Assembly: GCA_964483295.1 (NCBI GenBank)
Contig: CAZAAD010000002.1
Location: 936-64,935, forward strand
Source: an uncultured Gammaproteobacteria bacterium
Lineage (GTDB): Bacteria > Patescibacteriota > Patescibacteriia > Patescibacteriales > UBA12465
Direction: 5' to 3'
DNA length: 64,000 nt
Shown: in pieces, positions 27,504-37,947 of the stretch
Position numbering within the stretch: the first letter of the stretch is position 1
Layout of the letters: every line of letters starts with the position of its first letter
Notes under the pieces: model-generated
What the model saw: the letters and a program-made list of their open reading frames with translations, nothing else
Told to the model about the DNA's origin: nothing
Databases searched by the model: none
Program-made: the position numbers and the translations under genes

Positions 27504-29195
27504 ATGTCTATGGAACGAAAAAAACTAGAGAAAACTAAAGAAAAAGATAAAAATACTAAATTTATCTTCGTTGTCGGCGGCGTAATGTCTGGCGTCGGTA
27601 AAGGTGTAACCACTGCTTCAATCGGGCAGATACTCCAAGCGCGTGGTTATAAAGTTAGTGCCATAAAAATGGATCCTTATATTAACGTTGATGCGGGAAC
27701 GATGAATCCAATTGAGCACGGGGAAGTATTTGTGACCGAAGATGGTGATGAAACTGACCAGGATATTGGTAACTACGAACGCTTCTTGAATAAAAATATT
27801 TATAAGGAAAATTACATGACAACTGGTCGAGTGTATCAGTCAGTCATTGCTCGGGAAAGAAATTTAGAATACAAAGGGAAGTGTGTTCAAGTTGTGCCCC
27901 ATATCCCGATGGAAATTCGCAGTCGTATTGAAAAAGCGGTTGAAAAGACTGGCGCTGAGGTGATGATTATTGAGGTTGGCGGCACGGTTGGTGAATATGA
28001 AAATCTTTTGTTTTTAGAAGCAGCTCGCGTGATGAAGCTGTACAATCCGAAAGATGTTTTATTTGTTATGGTTTCTTATTTACCTATTCCGAACAAAATT
28101 GGTGAGATGAAAACTAAGCCTACACAACATGCTGTTCGGGCTTTGCAGAGCGCCGGTATTCAGCCGGATTTTTTAGTGGCGCGCAGTGAACGGCCGATTG
28201 ATATGGCCCGCCGCGAAAAACTGTCAATAAATTGCAATGTTGCTCTTGATAGTGTTATTGCTGCTCCGGATGCTGATTCTATTTATGATATTCCTTTGAA
28301 TTTTGAAAAAGATAATTTAAGCGCTCGTATTCTTGAGAAGTTTAGCTTACCGCTGAAAAAGAGTAATAACGAGGCTTGGAAGAAGATGGTGCAAGCAACT
28401 AAGACAACTAGCCCCGAGGTGCATATTGGCATTGTTGGTAAATACTTTGCTAGCGGCGACTTTGAGCTCGGGGACTCCTATATCTCTGTTCTAGAGGCAA
28501 TTAAGCACGCTGGTGCTCATAATCATTGCAAGGTTAAAGTAAAATGGTTAGGAGCTGAGGATGTTGAGAAAGAAGGTGCTAAAGCCTTTAAAGGTCTTAA
28601 TGGTTTAATTATTCCACAGGGTTGGGGTAGTCGTGGGGCGGAAGGAAAAATTGAGGCCATTAAATATTGCCGTGAGAAGAAAATTCCATATTTTGGTCTT
28701 TGCTATGGCATGCAAATGGCGGTAATTGAATTTGCCCGCAATGTTGCCGGCTTAAAAGAAGCGAATTCGGCCGAAGTTAACCCTAAAACCCCTGATCCAG
28801 TTATTCATATTATGCCGGAGCAGGAAAAATTAATTAAAGAAAAGGGCTATGGCGGCACAATTCGTTTAGGTGGCTGGCCTTGTCAGTTGTTACCGGGAAC
28901 AAAATTAGCGACTGCTTATGCTAAATTTACTAAAAATAAAACTGTTTCTGAGCGTCATCGTCATCGTTATGAGTTTAACAATGATTATCGCACCCGTTTT
29001 GAAGAACTTGGCTTAAAAATTGCCGGCACCTCGCCTGATGGCCATATCGTTGAGGCAGTAGAAATTAAGGACCACCCTTTCTTTGTCGGCGTCCAATTTC
29101 ATCCCGAATATATTTCTCGCCCCTTAGCGCCGCATCCTTTATTTGTAGAGTTTATTAAAGTTTGTAAGCAGGGAGGAAAAAATAATTTTTATTGA
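27504..29195 (+). CDS. pyrG: CTP synthase
   Basis: FVVGGVMSGVGKG, DPYINVDAGTM, the GATase Cys in GLCYGMQ, and HRHRYEFN. Confidence 0.95.
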   Translation: MSMERKKLEKTKEKDKNTKFIFVVGGVMSGVGKGVTTASIGQILQARGYKVSAIKMDPYINVDAGTMNPIEHGEVFVTEDGDETDQDIGNYERFLNKNIYKENYMTTGRVYQSVIARERNLEYKGKCVQVVPHIPMEIRSRIEKAVEKTGAEVMIIEVGGTVGEYENLLFLEAARVMKLYNPKDVLFVMVSYLPIPNKIGEMKTKPTQHAVRALQSAGIQPDFLVARSERPIDMARREKLSINCNVALDSVIAAPDADSIYDIPLNFEKDNLSARILEKFSLPLKKSNNEAWKKMVQATKTTSPEVHIGIVGKYFASGDFELGDSYISVLEAIKHAGAHNHCKVKVKWLGAEDVEKEGAKAFKGLNGLIIPQGWGSRGAEGKIEAIKYCREKKIPYFGLCYGMQMAVIEFARNVAGLKEANSAEVNPKTPDPVIHIMPEQEKLIKEKGYGGTIRLGGWPCQLLPGTKLATAYAKFTKNKTVSERHRHRYEFNNDYRTRFEELGLKIAGTSPDGHIVEAVEIKDHPFFVGVQFHPEYISRPLAPHPLFVEFIKVCKQGGKNNFY

Positions 29196-29202
29196 TTAAA
29201 AT

Positions 29203-29233
29203 AAAAAATAGCCCCGGTTGGGGCTATTTTTTG
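29203..29233. terminator. bidirectional terminator between pyrG and rpmA
   Basis: atagcccc / ggggctat stem with loop ggtt, flanked by an A-run and a T-run. Confidence 0.65.
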
Positions 29234-29253
29234 ATATTCAAGCTAAGAAGTTT

Positions 29254-29565
29254 TTATTTTTTAGCAACGGCTGCTTTCACCGGAGCTTCTTTTAAGATAA
29301 CATTAACGATTTTAGTCGTTTTCAGGCTGCCATCGTATTTCTTAAGTTTCTTAGTAGAAAACTTAACAAATCCGCCCTTAAGAGCGAATAGAGTATCATC
29401 TGTGCCTTTGTCTACATTAAGACCAGGGTGATATTTGGTACCGCGTTGTCTAATGATGATGGCGCCGGCCTTAGCCCACTGGCCATCAGTTAATTTTACG
29501 CCGAGACGCTTACTCTCTGACTCGCGGCCTAGGGAGGTTGAACCGGCGGCTTTCTTATGTGCCAT
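29254..29565 (-). CDS. rpmA: 50S ribosomal protein L27 (with a short basic C-terminal extension)
   Basis: [24 protein letters not shown]...[13 protein letters not shown] is the L27 signature. The tail is ...[11 protein letters not shown]. Confidence 0.93.
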   Translation of the reverse strand: MAHKKAAGSTSLGRESESKRLGVKLTDGQWAKAGAIIIRQRGTKYHPGLNVDKGTDDTLFALKGGFVKFSTKKLKKYDGSLKTTKIVNVILKEAPVKAAVAKK

Positions 29566-29738
29566 ATTGGTTTCTTTACACGCAAAATGCTAGCCAAGAA
29601 GCTCGCATCTATTAGTAGTATCTTATAATTTTATTTAACTAATATAACAAAAGGTTCTTAAATTGTCAAATATGAAGCTTTTTTTGCTTTTTTAAGGCCT
29701 AAAAATGGTTTTAATTTTTTTATAATATGCTATAATAA

Positions 29739-29945
<207 letters not shown>

Positions 29946-29954
29946 TTTTTCAAT

Positions 29955-30467
29955 ATGGCTATTGGCAATATTCCAGAGAGTAAAGCTGATTTAGAAAAGG
30001 GAATGGTCAAAAAAATTGAGGTGGCCGTCTCTTCGCCTATTTTAGAAGGAGAAAAGAATGTTTCTTTGGAAAAAATACCAGCCACTGCGGAAAAAGAAGC
30101 TATAAAAGCCGAGGTTGCCCCAGTGGAAAAAAATATTCAAAAAATAGCCGAAACGGTTGCCCCCATGACGGTCACCCCTAATCCGAATCAAGCGCGCGCG
30201 CGGGCAATTGATAGTATCTTGTCCGATGGCTTACATGAGGTTTTTTTACAAATGGACCCAGCTAAGCAGAAAGAATTTAAGCGTGTCGGCGAAGAAACAA
30301 CGGCCAAAATAAATATTTTATTAGATAAGGCTAAAGTTAAGGTTGATAAAATCATTGATTTAATTCGGCGCTGGTTAAGATTGATTCCGCGAGTTAATCA
30401 TTTTTTCTTAGAACAGGAGGTTAAGATTAAAGCTGATAAAATAATTAAGTTAAAAGATTTAAAATAG
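29955..30467 (+). CDS. hypothetical protein (E/K-rich N-terminus, helical C-terminus)
   Basis: 170-aa ORF packed tightly between the ferredoxin and the ATPase gene. No motif recognised. Confidence 0.5.
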   Translation: MAIGNIPESKADLEKGMVKKIEVAVSSPILEGEKNVSLEKIPATAEKEAIKAEVAPVEKNIQKIAETVAPMTVTPNPNQARARAIDSILSDGLHEVFLQMDPAKQKEFKRVGEETTAKINILLDKAKVKVDKIIDLIRRWLRLIPRVNHFFLEQEVKIKADKIIKLKDLK

Positions 30468-30471
30468 CGTT

Positions 30472-32946
30472 TTGCTTATGCCAGCTTTTGCATCCCTTAG
30501 TTTTGCGAGCATTCTGCCGTACTTACTGGGCGCCATTATTCTACTAGTGGCCGTCTTTTTTATTTTACGCACCATAAAATCATTTCTTTCCCGGAGACAT
30601 TATGCGCCTCATCATGTTTTTTCTATCCGCATTCCCAAGGAAAGACCAGATGATAATAATAACGCCAATCATTCCGTACAAAGCATAAAAGAAGAGATTG
30701 CTAAAGGTGAGGCAATTTTTGCCGGCTTGGGCGGCTTGCGTGCTCAACGTGGTTTTTCAGCTTGGCTAAGTGGCCGTAATGATCATGTTTCTTTTGAAAT
30801 TGTCGCTAGCGCTAAGCAGATTGCTTTTTATTTTGCGGCCCAGCGCGAAGCAGTACGCTACCTAGAACAACACATTCATGCCCATTACCCAGAGGCGGTT
30901 ATTGAAGAAATTGAGGACTATAATTGTTTTGGGGCAACTGGACAAATTTCCGCCGCTTATTTAAAAACAGTGAAAAGTTTTATTTTTCCCCTTAAGACTT
31001 ATCAGGAAATGGAAGTTGACCCGATGAATTCCTTGGTTAGTGTTTTATCTAAATTAGAAAAAGGGGAGAGCTTAGCTATTCAATATTTAGTGCGCAGCGC
31101 TAAAGGTTCTTGGCATCGCACAGTTAGAGAGGTGGTGGAGCGAATACAGCAGAAAAATTCCGTGGCCGAGGGGACGCGTTCTGGTTTTTTAGATTCAGTT
31201 TTTTCTTTTGTTTCTCCAACCAAGAAAAAAGATCCTAATCAAGAAGATAAAAAAGAAAAACGTTTAAGCGCTGTTGAGGAGGAAATGTTAAAAAAGATTG
31301 AAGAAAAAAATCTGAAGGCTGGACTTGATGTGAACTTGCGTGTACTCAGTTTTGCTCCGACAAAAGCTAAGGCAGATATGTACTTGGAAAATATTGCTAG
31401 TGCTTTTGCGGAATATAATAATTTTAGCTACGGCAATTCTTTTTCTCGTCCTAAGAAGGGTAGTCAAGATAAAATTATTAAAGATTTTATTTATCGCTAT
31501 TTTCGGGAAAGCGATAGCTTTTTGTTAAATAGTGAAGAATTGGCTGGTATTTTTCATTTGCCGCTTAGCACGACCGAAACCCCTAATATTTTGTGGCTAA
31601 CTGCTAAATCAGCCCCTGCGCCAGCTGAAGTGCCTGATGAAGGCATACTTTTAGGAAACAATGTTTATCGCGGTGTAAAGAAAGATATTAGAATAAAACG
31701 AGCTGATAGAAGGCGACATACCTATATCATTGGTAAATCAGGTGTTGGTAAATCCGTCTTGCTTGCAAACATGGCGATTCAGGATATTCAAAACGGTGAA
31801 GGTGTGTGTGTTTTAGATCCGCATGGTGATTTGATTCAGGATATTTTAGAGCGCATCCCGCCAGAAAGAGCTGAAGATGTTATTATTTTTTCGCCAGCTG
31901 ATATTGAGCGTCCTTTGGCTTTGAATTTATTAGAATTTGATGAGCGTTATCCAGAGCAAAAAAGTTTTGTCATTAATGAAATGATTGGCATCTTTGATAA
32001 ATTGTATGACCTAAAGGCAACGGGTGGACCGATGTTTGAGCAGTATATGCGTAACGCGATGCTGTTAATCATGGATGACCCAGAATCAGGTTCTACCTTA
32101 ATGGAAATACCAAAAGTTTTAGCTGATGAAAAATTCCGTCGCTTGAAAGTGGAGCGTTGTCGCAATAAAACCGTGGTTGATTTTTGGACTAATGAAGCAG
32201 AGAAGGCTGGTGGCGAAGCCGCTTTAGCCAATATCGTGCCCTATATAACCTCCAAGTTAACCTCTTTCATTTCTAATGACATGATGCGCCCGATTATTGG
32301 TCAGCAAAAGAGCGCCTTTAATTTGCGTGAAGTGATGGATAAGCAAAAAATATTATTAGTTGACTTACCGAAGGGAACAGTGGGTGAAGCTAATGCTTAT
32401 CTGCTCGGCATGATTTTAGTAGGAAAAATTTTAATGGCGGCGCTGTCTCGTACCGATATGCCGACTGAGCAGCGTAAAGATTTTTATCTTTATATTGATG
32501 AGTTTCAAAATTTTACCACTAATTCTATTTGTCAGATTTTATCGGAAGCTAGAAAATATGCTTTGAATTTAGTGATTGCCCATCAGTATATTGGTCAGTT
32601 AGCCAAAAATGGCAACACGGAAATTAAGGATGCGGTTTTTGGCAACGTGGGCACAATGGTTAGTTTTAAAATTGGCTCTGAAGATGCGGATTTTCTGGTC
32701 AAAGAATTTAACCCGGTTTTCAATCAGTATGATTTGATAAACATTGACAAGGGAACTGCTTATATTAAACTGCTAATTGATAACAGTGCGGCTCGCCCCT
32801 TTTCTTTACGAACTACCTGGCCTTTGGTTGGGGTTAAGCATGAGGGCATTGCTGATAAAATTAGGTCGCTTTCCCGTTTAAAATACGGGCAGAGCGTGCG
32901 TTTAGTTGAAGCGGAAATTGCTCGCCGCAGCGAAATAAAAAAATAA
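30472..32946 (+). CDS. membrane-anchored P-loop NTPase of the TraD/VirD4 (type IV coupling protein)/HerA-like kind, with a ~400-aa uncharacterised N-terminal domain
   Basis: N-terminal TM helix, Walker A IIGKSGVGKS followed by VLDPHGDL, and Walker B-like YLYIDEFQNF. ATG at 30478 is an alternative to TTG at 30472. Confidence 0.65.
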   Translation: MLMPAFASLSFASILPYLLGAIILLVAVFFILRTIKSFLSRRHYAPHHVFSIRIPKERPDDNNNANHSVQSIKEEIAKGEAIFAGLGGLRAQRGFSAWLSGRNDHVSFEIVASAKQIAFYFAAQREAVRYLEQHIHAHYPEAVIEEIEDYNCFGATGQISAAYLKTVKSFIFPLKTYQEMEVDPMNSLVSVLSKLEKGESLAIQYLVRSAKGSWHRTVREVVERIQQKNSVAEGTRSGFLDSVFSFVSPTKKKDPNQEDKKEKRLSAVEEEMLKKIEEKNLKAGLDVNLRVLSFAPTKAKADMYLENIASAFAEYNNFSYGNSFSRPKKGSQDKIIKDFIYRYFRESDSFLLNSEELAGIFHLPLSTTETPNILWLTAKSAPAPAEVPDEGILLGNNVYRGVKKDIRIKRADRRRHTYIIGKSGVGKSVLLANMAIQDIQNGEGVCVLDPHGDLIQDILERIPPERAEDVIIFSPADIERPLALNLLEFDERYPEQKSFVINEMIGIFDKLYDLKATGGPMFEQYMRNAMLLIMDDPESGSTLMEIPKVLADEKFRRLKVERCRNKTVVDFWTNEAEKAGGEAALANIVPYITSKLTSFISNDMMRPIIGQQKSAFNLREVMDKQKILLVDLPKGTVGEANAYLLGMILVGKILMAALSRTDMPTEQRKDFYLYIDEFQNFTTNSICQILSEARKYALNLVIAHQYIGQLAKNGNTEIKDAVFGNVGTMVSFKIGSEDADFLVKEFNPVFNQYDLINIDKGTAYIKLLIDNSAARPFSLRTTWPLVGVKHEGIADKIRSLSRLKYGQSVRLVEAEIARRSEIKK

Positions 32947-32950
32947 ATCT

Positions 32951-34603
32951 ATGAGGACGCTTTATCGCGATTACCGGCCACAGAACTTTACTGATATTCT
33001 TGGCCAGAAACATATTAAAATAACTTTGCAAAACGAAATTAGCGCTGGTAAGACGGCGCAAGCTTTTTTGTTTTGCGGTCCAAGAGCTGTTGGCAAGACG
33101 ACGATGGCGCGTGTTTTGGCTAAGGCGGTCAATTGCTTAAAGCTTAAACCAGGAGAGTATGAACCTTGTGGCCAGTGTACTAGCTGTCAGTCAATTACCG
33201 AAGGGAATAATTTAGATGTAATTGAAATTGACGCCGCTTCTAATACTGGTGTTGATAATGTCAGAGAAAACATTATTTCTTTTTCTCGGCTAGTCCCAAG
33301 TAAAATAAAATATAAAGTTTTTATCATTGATGAAGTTCACATGCTGTCACCTTCGGCCTTTAACGCTTTGTTAAAAATTATTGAAGAGCCGCCGACTTAT
33401 GTTATTTTTATTCTTTGCACAACAGAAATTCATAAAGTTCCGGCGACTATTATTTCGCGCTGTGAACGTTTTGATTTTAAGCGCATCGGCATTAGTGATA
33501 TCGTTGGTAAATTACGCCGCATTTCTATTCAGGAAAGTGTAGAAATTGATGATGAGGTGTTAGAAGCGGTCGCTCGTCGGAGTGGCGGACATTTGCGCGA
33601 TGCCGAAAGTTTATTAGGACAAATTTTTTCTTTAGGGGAAAAACGTATTACTTTAGAGCAAGCCGAATTAGTAATTCCTCATTACAATAGCAGCGAGGCC
33701 GTTGATTTGTTAGAGCATTTAAATAAAAAGGATGCGGCTAAGGCAATCGCTTTGGTTAACCAGCTCGCTGATAGTGGCGCTAATTTGCGCAATTTTAATA
33801 GCGAACTCGTGGCGCTACTTCGGAAACTAATTATTTCTAAAGTTAGTCCGGAGTTATCTAATAGTCTCGGTTTGAACTTAGGAGATAATTTAGAATTAAG
33901 ACTTAATACGATTGCCGCTAATTCTCCAATTACTTTATTAATCGCTTATCTGCGCCGGTTATTAGATGCTTATAATGAAAAAAATCTATTAATTGCCCAA
34001 CTACCCTTAGAGTTAGCGGTTATTGAAATTTGTTCCGGTTTGAGTGGACAGTCCTCAGTAACGCCCGTTTCATCACGTCCTGTTTCTACGCCCTCAACTA
34101 CAGCACCAGCAGTTTCCAAGTCCGCACCGGCTGCACCTTCCTCCGCCGTAGTGGCGGCAACATCTGAACACAAACAGCCAGCTGGCAATATTTTACCCGC
34201 TTCTGACTTGCGAGAAAATGAAGTAGCGGAAAAATGGCCGGAATTCCTGGTTAAAATAAAAAAACACAACCATTCCTTATCCTTCGTTTTGCAAAATTGC
34301 GAACCGCAAGCCTTGCAATCAGGCAAGCTAAATCTGGTTTTCAAATATAAATTTCATCAAGATAGAGTAAATGATGCTAATATCCGTAGCTTAATTGAAG
34401 CTACTTTGGCCGAGGTGTTTGGTTCTGGGGTTAGCATTGAATCTCGTTTAGATGAAAATTTAGAATTAAAGAAACATTCTACTAATCAAGTTGTAGAAGA
34501 GGAAACTTTAGCGGCCACACCAATCACTACCGATGAGCCTAAGGCTGGCGGAGCGATGATGGATAATCTATTAGCTGCTTTTGGCGGGGAAGTGATTGGC
34601 TAA
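32951..34603 (+). CDS. dnaX: DNA polymerase III subunit gamma/tau
   Basis: YRPQNF...GQ, Walker A GPRAVGKTT, zinc module CGQCTSC, DEVHML, and the SRC motif (ISRCERFDF). Confidence 0.92.
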   Translation: MRTLYRDYRPQNFTDILGQKHIKITLQNEISAGKTAQAFLFCGPRAVGKTTMARVLAKAVNCLKLKPGEYEPCGQCTSCQSITEGNNLDVIEIDAASNTGVDNVRENIISFSRLVPSKIKYKVFIIDEVHMLSPSAFNALLKIIEEPPTYVIFILCTTEIHKVPATIISRCERFDFKRIGISDIVGKLRRISIQESVEIDDEVLEAVARRSGGHLRDAESLLGQIFSLGEKRITLEQAELVIPHYNSSEAVDLLEHLNKKDAAKAIALVNQLADSGANLRNFNSELVALLRKLIISKVSPELSNSLGLNLGDNLELRLNTIAANSPITLLIAYLRRLLDAYNEKNLLIAQLPLELAVIEICSGLSGQSSVTPVSSRPVSTPSTTAPAVSKSAPAAPSSAVVAATSEHKQPAGNILPASDLRENEVAEKWPEFLVKIKKHNHSLSFVLQNCEPQALQSGKLNLVFKYKFHQDRVNDANIRSLIEATLAEVFGSGVSIESRLDENLELKKHSTNQVVEEETLAATPITTDEPKAGGAMMDNLLAAFGGEVIG

Positions 34604-34633
34604 AATAAATAATCGTGAATTAATATAAAAATT

Positions 34634-35893
34634 ATGTTAGACATAAAATTCATCCGGGACAATTTAGAAGAAGTAAAACAAGGTCTTCTCAAGCGCCTGG
34701 ATCCGGAAAAATTAAATTTAGAGCAAGTTTTAGCGCTTGACGATAAACGTCGTGAATTAATTGCTAAAACTGAAGAATTAAAAGCGGAGCGTAATAAAAA
34801 TTCTAAAGTTAAGCCAACACCGGAAATTATTGCGGCTATGAAAGATTTAGGTGAGCGCATTAAGCAGTTAGATGAAGAACTAGCGGCTACTGAAAAAGAA
34901 TTTTCAGAACAAATGGCTGAACTGCCTAATATCCCGGCGCCCGATGTGATTGCTGGTGGCAAGGAAAATAATGAAGTGATTTATACTTATGGCAAGCAGC
35001 CAGAATTTTCTTTCCAGCCGAAAGATCATGTTGAATTAGCAACTTCTCTAGGTTTAATTGATTACGAGAGAGCTGCTAAAATGTCTGGCTCGGGATTCTG
35101 GTGCTACACCGGCATGGGTGCTTTATTAGAGTGGGCTTTATTATCATATTTTATTGATTTTCATTCTCGTAATGGTTACGAATTTATGATGCCACCCTTT
35201 TTGCTAAGTGAAAAGTCGGCTTATACTTCTGGTCATTTGCCTAAATTCCGCGATGATTTATTTTGGAATCAAGATGGTCTTTGTTTAAACGCGACCAGTG
35301 AAATGATGCTGGGTAATTATTATCGTGATGAAATCCTACGTGAAGAAGATTTGCCGAAAAAATATTTTGCTTATTCCGCTTGTTTCCGTCGCGAGGCCGG
35401 TAGTTATCGCCAAGAAGAACGCGGCATGATTCGGGGTCATCAATTTAATAAAGTAGAAATGTTTATTTTTTCTCGTCCCGAGGAAAGTTGGAAGATGTTT
35501 GCCGAGATGGTTAACAATGCGCAAAAATTAATTGAAGGATTGGGTCTGCATTTTCAAATTTCTAAATTAGCGGCCGGAGATTGTAGTTCAGCGATGGCAA
35601 AAACTTATGATTTAGAAGTTTATATTCCGAGCATGGGTATTTATAAAGAAGTCAGCAGTGTTTCTAATGCTTTAGAATATCAAGCACGCCGCGGCCAGAT
35701 TAGATATAAAAATATTTCAAGTGGCAAAAATGAATTTCTCCATACTCTTAATGGTTCTGGTTTAGCGACCAGCCGTTTATTGCCAGCTATCCTAGAACAG
35801 AATCAGCAAGCCGACGGTTCAATTATTATTCCTAAGGTCTTGCGTCAGTATCTGCCAAAGCGCATGAAAGTTATTAAGATGAACGCTAACTAA
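34634..35893 (+). CDS. serS: seryl-tRNA synthetase
   Basis: MLDIKFIR N-terminal coiled-coil arm, and class II motifs (CFRREAG, GSGLATSR). Confidence 0.95.
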   Translation: MLDIKFIRDNLEEVKQGLLKRLDPEKLNLEQVLALDDKRRELIAKTEELKAERNKNSKVKPTPEIIAAMKDLGERIKQLDEELAATEKEFSEQMAELPNIPAPDVIAGGKENNEVIYTYGKQPEFSFQPKDHVELATSLGLIDYERAAKMSGSGFWCYTGMGALLEWALLSYFIDFHSRNGYEFMMPPFLLSEKSAYTSGHLPKFRDDLFWNQDGLCLNATSEMMLGNYYRDEILREEDLPKKYFAYSACFRREAGSYRQEERGMIRGHQFNKVEMFIFSRPEESWKMFAEMVNNAQKLIEGLGLHFQISKLAAGDCSSAMAKTYDLEVYIPSMGIYKEVSSVSNALEYQARRGQIRYKNISSGKNEFLHTLNGSGLATSRLLPAILEQNQQADGSIIIPKVLRQYLPKRMKVIKMNAN

Positions 35894-35902
35894 AATTAAG
35901 CA

Positions 35903-37939
35903 ATGAAGCCACGCTTTTACCTGATTATTTTATTGTTTCTATTTTGCTTACTTCCGCTGGCAGTTAAGGCGGCTTCGCTTAAGGCGTCTTATCCTCGTTT
36001 AGCTAATTATTATCTGCGCTGGGAATTAAGTGCCGAAGAAGCGAGGCAACTCGCTAAATGGGATTTATTAGTGCTTGATATGGAAGTTCAGGAAAATAGT
36101 CCAACCTCCTTACGTCTAATTCGGGAACTTAATCCTGATGTTATTATTCTTGCCTATATAACTTCTCAAGAAATTATTGATGATGTTAATTTGGCAGCCG
36201 GAAATACCGGAGCAACTTTAAGACGAGACTTGCGTTCACAAATTTCTGATTCTTGGTGGCTAAAAGATCCGGCCGGTAATCGAATATCCAACTGGCCGGG
36301 AACTTATATGTTGAACTTAACCGATGGCGCGGGCGAGAATGTTAGTGGATATAAATTCAATAAATTTTTACCAGAGTTTGTTTATCAAAATATTTACAAG
36401 CCAGGTTATTTTGATGGTGTTTTTTATGATAATACCTGGGGTGATGTCACCTGGATTAATGGCGCTAATTTAGATTTGGATCGCGATGGGCTCAAGGACA
36501 CAGTAAATAAAGCTGACACCGCTTGGTCGGAAGGCTTTAAAAAAATGCTCACCGAAAGTCGTCGTCTATTCGGAGATAAATTTATCATTGTTGGCAATGG
36601 CCGTGTTTTCCAGGGTTATCAGGGTTTGCTAAACGGGATGATGTTAGAATCGTTTCCTTCTTCTTGGGAAAATGGCGGTACCTGGTCAGGTTCAATGACA
36701 ACCTATTTGAATCTACCTAAAACTAATCGTTATCCGCAAACATCTATTATTAATGCTAGCCGCACTCAACAAACTGATTTTCAGGGATTGCGCTTTGGTT
36801 TAACCAGCGCCTTACTAGGCGATGGTTTTTATAGTTTTGATTATGGGCCGACTAATCACACTCAGACTTGGTGGTATGATGAATACGAAGTTAATCTTGG
36901 TCCGGCGCGCAGCGCGGCTTATAATTTATTAAACCCTAAATCGCCAACCATCATACAACCGGGATTATGGCGTCGGGATTTTAAGTTTGGCAGCGTTATA
37001 GTAAATTCAAGTATTAAAGAGCAGGTTCATATTTTTTCCCAAGAGAATTTTGAAAAAATTAAAGGAACTCAAGACATTAAATTTAATAACGGCGAAAGAA
37101 TAAATTTTATTAAGCTTGCTTCTAAGGATGGTATTATTCTTCTTAAGCAAGCTGATGAAATTTATAATGCCCCATTTGTAAATGGGTATTTCTATCGGGT
37201 TTTTAATATTAAAGGCGAGCAACTGAGAAATGGTTTCTTTTCTTTCTCTAATACTTATCCGGCTAGTGCGGCGGTTATTATCACTAATGGTAATAATAGC
37301 GGGGAAGAGTATGTTAACTTAATAGCTGATAAAGGCTCTATTAAACTTAATAAGAATGGCCAGCAGTTAGCTCTTTTTTATCCTTACGATAAGTTATTTT
37401 TAAAAAATTTAAACGTCTCGGCGCAAATTAATAATGGCTTTATTAATACGGTGGCCGTTGGTCCCAGTGAAGGCGGTGGTCCACAGGTGCGTATTTTTAC
37501 TGCTACGGGGCGCTTGCTAGGCAGTTTTTTTGCTTACGATAAAAATATGCGCGGCGGCGTAAGCGTGGCCTTGGGTGATTTAAATAATGACGGGGAATTA
37601 GAAATTGTGACCGGACCCGGTAAAGGCAGTGAGCCGCTTGTTAAAATTTTTGATATTGCCGGTAATTTAAAAAATAGCTTTTTAGCTTATGATAAGAAAT
37701 TCACAGGCGGAGTTGAGGTTTCTTTAGGTGATATAAATAATAATGGTGATTTAGATATTTTAACTGTGCCGGGGCCGGGTGGTGGTCCACAGGTGCGTAT
37801 TTTTACGGCTCAAGGAAAAGTGTTAGGCCAATTTTTTGCTTACGACCAGAATTATCGCGCTGGCCTAAAAATTTCTGTTAGTGATTTAGATAAGGATGGG
37901 CAAGTGGAAATTTTAGTTGGTGCTAAGAATTTTTATTAA
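35903..37939 (+). CDS. secreted protein: N-terminal glycoside-hydrolase-like (GHL/GH114-like) TIM-barrel-type region and C-terminal FG-GAP/VCBS repeats
   Basis: Signal peptide, and four repeats of the type GGGPQVRIFTA.G..LG.FFAYD....GG..V.LGD.N.DG..EI. The N-terminal region is paralogous to ORF 60778-62001. The hydrolase assignment is tentative. Confidence 0.55.
   Translation: MKPRFYLIILLFLFCLLPLAVKAASLKASYPRLANYYLRWELSAEEARQLAKWDLLVLDMEVQENSPTSLRLIRELNPDVIILAYITSQEIIDDVNLAAGNTGATLRRDLRSQISDSWWLKDPAGNRISNWPGTYMLNLTDGAGENVSGYKFNKFLPEFVYQNIYKPGYFDGVFYDNTWGDVTWINGANLDLDRDGLKDTVNKADTAWSEGFKKMLTESRRLFGDKFIIVGNGRVFQGYQGLLNGMMLESFPSSWENGGTWSGSMTTYLNLPKTNRYPQTSIINASRTQQTDFQGLRFGLTSALLGDGFYSFDYGPTNHTQTWWYDEYEVNLGPARSAAYNLLNPKSPTIIQPGLWRRDFKFGSVIVNSSIKEQVHIFSQENFEKIKGTQDIKFNNGERINFIKLASKDGIILLKQADEIYNAPFVNGYFYRVFNIKGEQLRNGFFSFSNTYPASAAVIITNGNNSGEEYVNLIADKGSIKLNKNGQQLALFYPYDKLFLKNLNVSAQINNGFINTVAVGPSEGGGPQVRIFTATGRLLGSFFAYDKNMRGGVSVALGDLNNDGELEIVTGPGKGSEPLVKIFDIAGNLKNSFLAYDKKFTGGVEVSLGDINNNGDLDILTVPGPGGGPQVRIFTAQGKVLGQFFAYDQNYRAGLKISVSDLDKDGQVEILVGAKNFY
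37475..37806 (+). repeat. intragenic direct repeat (FG-GAP modules), 26-nt identical cores
   Basis: ggtggtccacaggtgcgtatttttac occurs at 37475-37500 and again at 37781-37806. Confidence 0.85.
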
Positions 37940-37947
37940 ATATCTAT

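Noticed and set aside
29192-29431. 79-aa plus-strand ORF after pyrG.
   Set aside because: It runs through the bidirectional terminator and is antisense to rpmA, which is unambiguous.
34240-34262. A-run (ATAAAAAAACAC) inside dnaX as a programmed frameshift site producing a gamma subunit.
   Set aside because: It lies far downstream of the ATPase and domain III region, where gamma-producing sites normally occur. It has no downstream stem-loop. The A-run is unremarkable in an AT-rich genome.
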